A DNA stretch of 64,000 nucleotides from Kiritimatiellia bacterium (lineage in GTDB: Bacteria; Verrucomicrobiota; Kiritimatiellia; RFP12; UBA1067), in the NCBI GenBank assembly GCA_041673345.1, contig JBAYXX010000008.1:627-64626 (forward strand), written 5' to 3'. Every line of letters begins with the position of its first letter. The stretch's first letter is position 1. Below are positions 57,784 to 64,000 of the stretch, piece by piece. The position numbers and the translations under genes were made by a program. The notes below the pieces were generated by a model. It did no database searches and was not told the DNA's origin. It saw only the letters and a list, made by a program, of their open reading frames with translations.

Positions 57784-60210
57784 TCAGTCGTTCCCGATTG
57801 CATCTGAGCCGGAGCAGAGGTGCAGATCCATCTGCGGGAATGCTATAACAATGTTGTTTTCGCGGAAACGCTGATCAATGATCTGATGAAGCGCACTCCG
57901 GACTTCCAGCCGGTAGTCTGCATCGACAATTGAGACCCTAAGTTCAAAACCGAGTGAACTCGGCCCAAACTCCATAAACAGAACCTGCGGCTTAGGGCTC
58001 TGGCAGATATTATCGGTGGCTGCCGCACACTCAGCCAGGGTTTTCATAACCAGAGCTATGTCAGAGCCGTAAGCCACTCCCACGGTGATGTTCAGCCGCA
58101 CCTGACGGTTGCTTAGAGTCCAGTTGGTCACCTGGGTGTTGATCAGCTCGGCATTAGGAATGATGACATCCGCCTTATATGAAGTATGAACTGTGGTTGC
58201 CCGCAAACCGATTGTTTTGATTTCGGCCCATGTTCCACTGATTTCCACGGTATCCCCTACTCGTACCGGACGTTCAAAGAGCAATATTAATCCGCATACG
58301 AAATTATTGACAACTCCTTGCAAACCAAAACCAATACCGATTCCCAGAGCACCCAGCATGAGGGTCAGCTTTGAAAGTTCGAATCCCAAGGCGGAGAGTG
58401 CGATTAACACGCCAATACAAATGATGGCATAATGCAGTAGCTGGGCAATTGAATGACGAACCCCTCTTTCCATCTTACGCTTGAGCAGCACATCAGTCAT
58501 CAGCATTTTTCTCAGTACCCAGGATGTCAAAACTGAACCGTAAATAATACCGGCCGAGATCATGACGAGACCGATTGTGATGCGGCGAGATCCGAACGTC
58601 ACACCGGCTTGCAGCAGATGGCTGGTTGCATCCTTGAGGTTGGGGTAAACGCCCCAGATAATCAATACCGAAGGGAGAACGAGTATCCCCCAGACGAGAA
58701 ATTCAATCAGGTGTGAGAAGGTGCGCACAAAAGAATGTGTCTCCGATTTACTAAAAGCCCCCTTCCATTTCAGAGCAGAGTTTTGAAATGCCCATTCCAT
58801 CCCGCCATTAATAATATTGATGAACAGCCGAAAGATTAAAACGATGATAACAGAATCAACCGATGCGACAAAAACATGCGAGGTTGCGTTTTTGCCGCCC
58901 CACATCTCTACAATCAGGATAACAAAAAAAGCAAACGCACCTGCATAAAACAGTGCGGCATAGATATTACGGCGGGCTTTTCGTGCGTTAAGGATGGCCT
59001 GTCTCAGGCAGAAGAGAAATCCTGTCAAGGCTGCCAAAAAGGTGAAGAGCCGGAATATCGGGAGAGAAATGTTAAGAAATTTCATGACTTTGGTGATAAT
59101 CAGAATAGTGATCAACCCATTCAGCAGTTGGTTTATCCAGGCGCTTTTCTGCTGTATGTTGCAGATCCTGGCAAAGCTGATTCCACCGGTTATGATATTG
59201 ACTAACGCCCAAATAGCGGGAGCGGGCATATAGTTATAGATCAACAACGATGTGAGGGTTCCAAAAAACCACCCCGAGGCCAAGGGTCTTTTGGCGAGAA
59301 AAGACCAGCGTTTCGATTCGATTAAAATTTTCCGCTTCTGATAAAAGACCATCATGAAAAACAGGCAGACAGAAATATCAATCATGATTATCCACCCCTG
59401 CTGGCGCATTAACCGATTTTCCTGCTGATAGATGGAACTCCACTCTGTGACTATCCCGTGCCACATCGACCGGTCGCTAAATTGTAAGTAATATTTCTCA
59501 GATAGGATAGGAGGGGATGTGGTCAGAAAAACGTCGCGCCGCTCGGTGCTGATCATATTACCGGCGGCTGTACTTAAAGCCAGAATCCTGCGTTTGACGG
59601 CTGCGGCGTTCTGCTGGGCGGTCAGCATGGCATTCAGCCTGGGACGGATGAGGTTTAGAACTGCTTCAATCGTCTCACCGGCCTGATCAAAGGCCGCGGT
59701 TAGCGGAATGGGAGCATCCTCTGTGATAAATAACTTTCTCCACTGCGACCAGTTGTTCTTCTGCTCCAGCCACTCCCCTCTCCATCTCTCCAGCTCTCGG
59801 ATGGCTGCGGCATTGCCCTTGTTGACATCTTCAAACAAAAGACTCTGTTGTCTGATAGCCTCAAGCAGCCCTTCCACCTGCACGCCCGAGTATCTGTTTG
59901 CGGCTCTGATAATTTCCAGACGCTGGGTGGGCTCACTGAGATTTGAATCTATCTCGGCATACTGTTTTTCTATTGTTGGAATATCCGGAAGTCCCTTGAT
60001 CTGGCTTTCCAGAGCTACCTGCTGTCCGGCCAACTGGGTTGCCAGGGGAATAATTTTTTCCAGAGAGGGGGCTTTGCTCTGGGGCGTTACCGCAGGGACA
60101 GTTTCGGGCACAGGGTCTGGAAGCACATCAATAGCCGCAGAGCTACACGGCTTCAGTGAGATAGACACCAATAACAGGAAGATTAATATTTTGGATATAT
60201 AAGTTCGCAT
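57784..60210 (-). CDS. large mechanosensitive ion channel (MscS family, MscK-like) with periplasmic coiled-coil region
   Basis: GALGIGIGFGLQGVVNNFVCGLILLFERPVRVGD, IGLRAT, IPN-EL---VTNWT, IAFPQ. Confidence 0.9.
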   Translation of the reverse strand: MRTYISKILIFLLLVSISLKPCSSAAIDVLPDPVPETVPAVTPQSKAPSLEKIIPLATQLAGQQVALESQIKGLPDIPTIEKQYAEIDSNLSEPTQRLEIIRAANRYSGVQVEGLLEAIRQQSLLFEDVNKGNAAAIRELERWRGEWLEQKNNWSQWRKLFITEDAPIPLTAAFDQAGETIEAVLNLIRPRLNAMLTAQQNAAAVKRRILALSTAAGNMISTERRDVFLTTSPPILSEKYYLQFSDRSMWHGIVTEWSSIYQQENRLMRQQGWIIMIDISVCLFFMMVFYQKRKILIESKRWSFLAKRPLASGWFFGTLTSLLIYNYMPAPAIWALVNIITGGISFARICNIQQKSAWINQLLNGLITILIITKVMKFLNISLPIFRLFTFLAALTGFLFCLRQAILNARKARRNIYAALFYAGAFAFFVILIVEMWGGKNATSHVFVASVDSVIIVLIFRLFINIINGGMEWAFQNSALKWKGAFSKSETHSFVRTFSHLIEFLVWGILVLPSVLIIWGVYPNLKDATSHLLQAGVTFGSRRITIGLVMISAGIIYGSVLTSWVLRKMLMTDVLLKRKMERGVRHSIAQLLHYAIICIGVLIALSALGFELSKLTLMLGALGIGIGFGLQGVVNNFVCGLILLFERPVRVGDTVEISGTWAEIKTIGLRATTVHTSYKADVIIPNAELINTQVTNWTLSNRQVRLNITVGVAYGSDIALVMKTLAECAAATDNICQSPKPQVLFMEFGPSSLGFELRVSIVDADYRLEVRSALHQIIDQRFRENNIVIAFPQMDLHLCSGSDAIGND

Positions 60211-60373
60211 AATAACTCTCGGATCTAAAGCAACTTCCAACCGCCTGGCTGCGTGCCGCGCACAGACAAGCAACCAAACTGAGCCGATGTGATATGCGAA
60301 AGCTCTCCGCTCTCATTACAAAACACGGCGCATGGCACACTTATACACAAAACCCAGGAGGTTATCAACGGCT

Positions 60374-62740
60374 TTATTTCGATAGTTCATCAGTAACAAG
60401 CTTCCAGCTTTTACCTGCATCAGGAGAGGTGATCATTACACGCTGCCGCCTGCGAACATCGTTACGATAGAACCAGGAGGTGGCCCACGCGTCGTAAGAG
60501 ATGAAGAGATTGCCTTTTCGATCAATCGTAAGGCGGTGGTAATAGACGCCGTATGAGCTGAAGGGCGCAACAACCAGAGATTTCGGCTGCGACCACTCTT
60601 CACCGGGACGCTTACTCATCAGAGCCAACTCTGCATGTCGGGATGCGGGAAAGTAATTAGCGTTTTGCTGCCAGATACGAAAGACAAGATGCAGAGTATC
60701 ATCAGGATCACACACAAGGCCCACATAGGTTTGGCGTAATTTGTCGCCAGCTTCAATCACCTTGGTAAATCCGGCGGAGATATCGTCGGGCTTCACAGAA
60801 CAAGCATACTTAAAGGTGTTGCCATGGGTGCCTACAATAACATGAAGAGTACCTTTGCTATCAATGGTGACACTGGGCGAGTTGTGAATGTCGTTGGCGG
60901 GCGGTCCATAGCCTATTAAAACTTTGTCGCTGAGCTTTTTTGTTTTACGGTTATAGCAAGCGACGTATGCGGGCAAGCCCGGGATAGTTTTGTCTTCAGG
61001 ATCGGTGGCTTCGCCCCAGACCACATATATATTCTCGCCATGCGAAACCACAGTTGAGGGTATACCGGAGTGCGCCGACAAGCCAATGCCGGTATCGGTG
61101 ATCCGAATGGCTTCACCCATCTCTATGATGCCCTTACTGTTTATCTCCGGCACAAACAAATCGAGATAATTCTCGCTGCGCCACATTAGTCTTGGATTAC
61201 TTGATTTTGGTTTGCTGCTATTCCCCGTGAACACAACTAAGGGTGGTGGCCCAGCCGGTTGATTGTGACCAGAGAACTGCTCTATATCATAGGCACCTCT
61301 CGTTGTAAGGTGATAAGCTGTAAATGTTTTTCCTCCATCACGGGAGCAAACCAGTGAATCTTTACCGCCCACTTGTGCCAGCGCATACATATTATTGTGG
61401 CTATCAAATGCAATTTTTGACTTACGGCGCAGTGAGATTGAGGTGCCGTTAATGGATGAAGTCTCGATCCACTTCGCACCGTTAAATGCTGCAATCTTTG
61501 TTTGCAGCAATTCTGCCGGCTTGTTATTGATGTCAAAATACACCTCCTGCTCAAGCGGATAATCCGGATCATACCCGAACTGGAAATTCTCGTGACGGTA
61601 GGGTTTCAAGACTATCGGCATATCGAGCGCTCTCTCAGCCGGAGCTGATCCTTTGATCAGATGCAGGGTGCTGTAGTTTGAAAACTCCGGTGTCGCCACA
61701 GGTGTGGCCTGAAGCGCAAGCGCCCACAACTCCCCCGCCTTTGGCACTGTATATGAGAGGGTTAACTTAACTGCCGATTTTGCAGGTATAGCAATTGTGC
61801 CCCCAGGTTCCACAGTAGCTTTAAGTGCCTTGGATGGATCGAGAATCTCCACGTTAAACTCACGTTTTACACTGGCATTATTGTGCATCTCAAATGTGGC
61901 TGTGCCTTGCGTCTCCGACTTTACATATTGCTTGTGTGAGTACGGTGCCAACAGCCACCGATTGGGATGTAAAGGGAACCAAGAGCTCAGATCAGGTGTC
62001 CATATCGAAAAATTATTAAATGTTTCACCTGATTTCCAACGCGTGACTCCATCAATATGCAGGGTTCCATAAAAAGAGGTGAAATGCAATCGCCATGGTT
62101 GATCGGGATTGATCTCCTTTGCCTCAAACCGGCCCTTTGCAACCCCATCTTTCACAGGCAGCTCAGAGATTAAATTGCCCGCGCCATCAAACAGGGTCAC
62201 ATTTGTGACGCTCTTTATAAGCTCCGACACTTCAATCGTAAACTTGCCCTTGCGTGGCAGAAAACACACATCACCTTGAACATCACCATTGCGCAGCCAT
62301 AAAGGCTCTTCGTGGGCCGAATCTTTATGACCACGTGAGGTTTCAATGAGATATTTACCACTATTAGTTTTTATCGACCAGCTAACGCCATGACCATAGC
62401 GATCAGGGATCTCCGTAAGGTTCAGTACATATACTCCCCGGCGCAGAACATCCACATCAAAAGATAGACGATATGTATTTGCCCGGTCGGAAACAGAGAG
62501 GCTTTTATCTTTAGATGAAATATATTGGTCATGCAAAACCGCCCTGTCAGGAGCAACCAGTATCGCACGCACCAAGGCTTCGGGTTTCAGCAGTTGAATG
62601 TCCAGCTCAACCTTGAATTGGCCAGGTTCTACCAGAAAATAGACTCCCCCAGGACCACCGACCTGCCATGAATCAGCCTTGGTCGCGTGAACATTAATAT
62701 ACAAAAAAACAGCTGTTAAAAAAATAAATAAACCGCACAT
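60374..62740 (-). CDS. secreted protein with BNR-4/sialidase-like beta-propeller
   Basis: Asp-box SRDGGKTF and SPDAGKSW; DIHNSPSVTIDSKGTLHVIVGTH, TYVGL, YYHRLTID. Confidence 0.75.
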   Translation of the reverse strand: MCGLFIFLTAVFLYINVHATKADSWQVGGPGGVYFLVEPGQFKVELDIQLLKPEALVRAILVAPDRAVLHDQYISSKDKSLSVSDRANTYRLSFDVDVLRRGVYVLNLTEIPDRYGHGVSWSIKTNSGKYLIETSRGHKDSAHEEPLWLRNGDVQGDVCFLPRKGKFTIEVSELIKSVTNVTLFDGAGNLISELPVKDGVAKGRFEAKEINPDQPWRLHFTSFYGTLHIDGVTRWKSGETFNNFSIWTPDLSSWFPLHPNRWLLAPYSHKQYVKSETQGTATFEMHNNASVKREFNVEILDPSKALKATVEPGGTIAIPAKSAVKLTLSYTVPKAGELWALALQATPVATPEFSNYSTLHLIKGSAPAERALDMPIVLKPYRHENFQFGYDPDYPLEQEVYFDINNKPAELLQTKIAAFNGAKWIETSSINGTSISLRRKSKIAFDSHNNMYALAQVGGKDSLVCSRDGGKTFTAYHLTTRGAYDIEQFSGHNQPAGPPPLVVFTGNSSKPKSSNPRLMWRSENYLDLFVPEINSKGIIEMGEAIRITDTGIGLSAHSGIPSTVVSHGENIYVVWGEATDPEDKTIPGLPAYVACYNRKTKKLSDKVLIGYGPPANDIHNSPSVTIDSKGTLHVIVGTHGNTFKYACSVKPDDISAGFTKVIEAGDKLRQTYVGLVCDPDDTLHLVFRIWQQNANYFPASRHAELALMSKRPGEEWSQPKSLVVAPFSSYGVYYHRLTIDRKGNLFISYDAWATSWFYRNDVRRRQRVMITSPDAGKSWKLVTDELSK

Positions 62741-63114
62741 AAGATTATTACCCCAAGAATCGATTACAGTTAAATCTATTTACAAAAAACTTTAATTTAT
62801 ATTATCACTCTCCCCCGTAAAACGCAATAACAACATAACAAAAACAAAAACCCTGTACCGCCAAATTGTAATATGAAATGCGACAACACATTGGACAAAG
62901 AAATCAGCTGCGCACCCCTGTCGTGATTTTCGGGATTTTCGCGGTAACAAAATAAAGGGGTGGAAAAATTGAGGGGTAAAAAAATCTGTTGCAGCGGTGT
63001 TTTTTAGGTAAAAAATGTAGTGGTAAAAAATGGGGGCAACCTGATCGGGCTGAGCACTGGCGCGGCTCTTTGCGCTTTGTAGTATTAAACATTTAGAACT
63101 TTACCACAGAGACA

Positions 63115-63187
63115 GTAGAGTTGCACACGGGAGTCTAATCCCGGGGCCCTCATCGAACCGTAGATAGAGATTTCCACTATACGGCTC
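63115..63187 (-). mobile_element. group II intron domain V-VI remnant (3' end)
   Basis: Minus strand GAGCCGTATAGTG-GAAA-TCTCTATCTACGGTTC (AGC triad, 8-bp lower stem, bulge, GAAA loop), then a DVI hairpin ending ...AACTCTAC. Confidence 0.75.
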
Positions 63188-63295
63188 TCCCGTTATCCTC
63201 GTAGTAAGGCATTTTGACGCTTCGCGTCTGTATATTGTTGCGTATCAAGTTGTTAGCTGTAAAAAGGGCCTGTTTTTGGCACTTAGAAGGCGATT

Positions 63296-63990
63296 TTGAG
63301 TGTGCTAGAAATGGCGTCTCTTCAGCAGAACCTTAAAAAGGTAGGCACAGTTAGCGTGGACGGCACTAAAATCAATGCCAACGCGAGTAAGCACTCTGCG
63401 GTGAGCTATGCTAAAGCCGGTGAGATGCTTGACGTGCTGAGACGGGAAGTGGATGAGCTGAACGCAAAAGCCGATGCGGCGGAGTAAAGTGAAAAGTCAA
63501 CTGGGCTGGATATTCCGGCGGAGATAACAAGGAGGGAAGACCGGATAGCAAAGCTGCGGAAAGCCAGGGAGATAATAAAGGAACGCCACCTGCTGGATCA
63601 GGAAAAGAAGCGTCCAGGGAAAGAGCCGACTGAGGTTCCCGCAAAAAAACAGAGGCTGAAAATGGTCCGACCGTGTACGCTGCGGTAGGCCGGGTATCGC
63701 ACCACAAAAGTGTACAGGACCTTGAAGAGGCCCTGCAGTATTCAGAACCCGAGGAAAGCGGAGGCGAGGATACCCCGAAAGAGAGCATGAGCAAGCGGTT
63801 AAAAACAAGCGAGGGACGAACTCTTTACAAACTTCGAAAGCAGACAGTTGAACCGGTTTTCGGAATAATAAAAGAAGTGATGGGTTTCCGCAGGTTTCTA
63901 ACGAGAGGCATTGAGTCAGTATGCACTGAATGGGATCTTGTCACTCTTTCATATAACTGTAAACGGCTTTTTAACATCATCAATGCTTAA
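63296..63990 (+). pseudogene. degraded IS1182-family transposase
   Basis: VSVDGTKINANASK and RKQTVEPVFGIIK...GFRRF..RG...EW...YN; in-frame TAA at 63485-63487, a frame change, and the N-terminal and central DDE segments are missing. Confidence 0.85.
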
Positions 63991-64000
63991 AAAAGGGCAT

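Noticed and set aside
63260-64000. Terminal inverted repeats or target duplication of the IS (TAAAAAGGGC at 63260 and near 63989)
   Set aside because: The match is direct, short and A-rich, and the window ends before the right end can be assessed.
1-64000. tRNA, rRNA, tmRNA or prophage genes
   Set aside because: No T-loop/cloverleaf signature, rRNA motifs, integrase or phage structural genes were recognised by eye; a tRNAscan/Infernal run would be needed to exclude them fully.

Overview
Bacterial chromosomal window, probably from a PVC-superphylum organism (Kiritimatiellota/Lentisphaerota-like; inferred from protein families, not proven). Housekeeping genes sit at both ends: rpsB-tsf, aspS-uxs, coaB, tyrS and rpsA on the left, and uxaE, rpsO-pnp, a GNAT and an MscS-family channel on the right. 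Between them (about 13.3-52.1 kb) is a 38-kb accessory block of mostly secreted, carbohydrate-active or unassigned proteins. It holds five GH123/DUF4091-like proteins, two CBM9-like proteins, a beta-helix protein plus an internally deleted copy, two paralogous ~1000-aa unassigned proteins, two ceramidase-like amidohydrolases, a DUF4838-like protein, an FGE/C-lectin-fold protein and a Tat-exported oxidoreductase/TIM-barrel pair. Several features are not visible in the ORF track: a 5.66-kb circularly permuted three-gene cassette bounded by 95-bp direct repeats, a 38-bp inverted promoter-like repeat pair around an orphan ABC ATPase, a GH29 fucosidase pseudogene with TGA at two Trp positions, several families of REP-like or modular intergenic repeats, a group II intron domain V-VI remnant next to a broken IS1182-family transposase, a probable leaderless coaB mRNA, and structured rpsB/rpsO/pnp leaders. 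I saw no tRNA, rRNA or CRISPR array. All family assignments come from motif recognition by eye, not from database searches.
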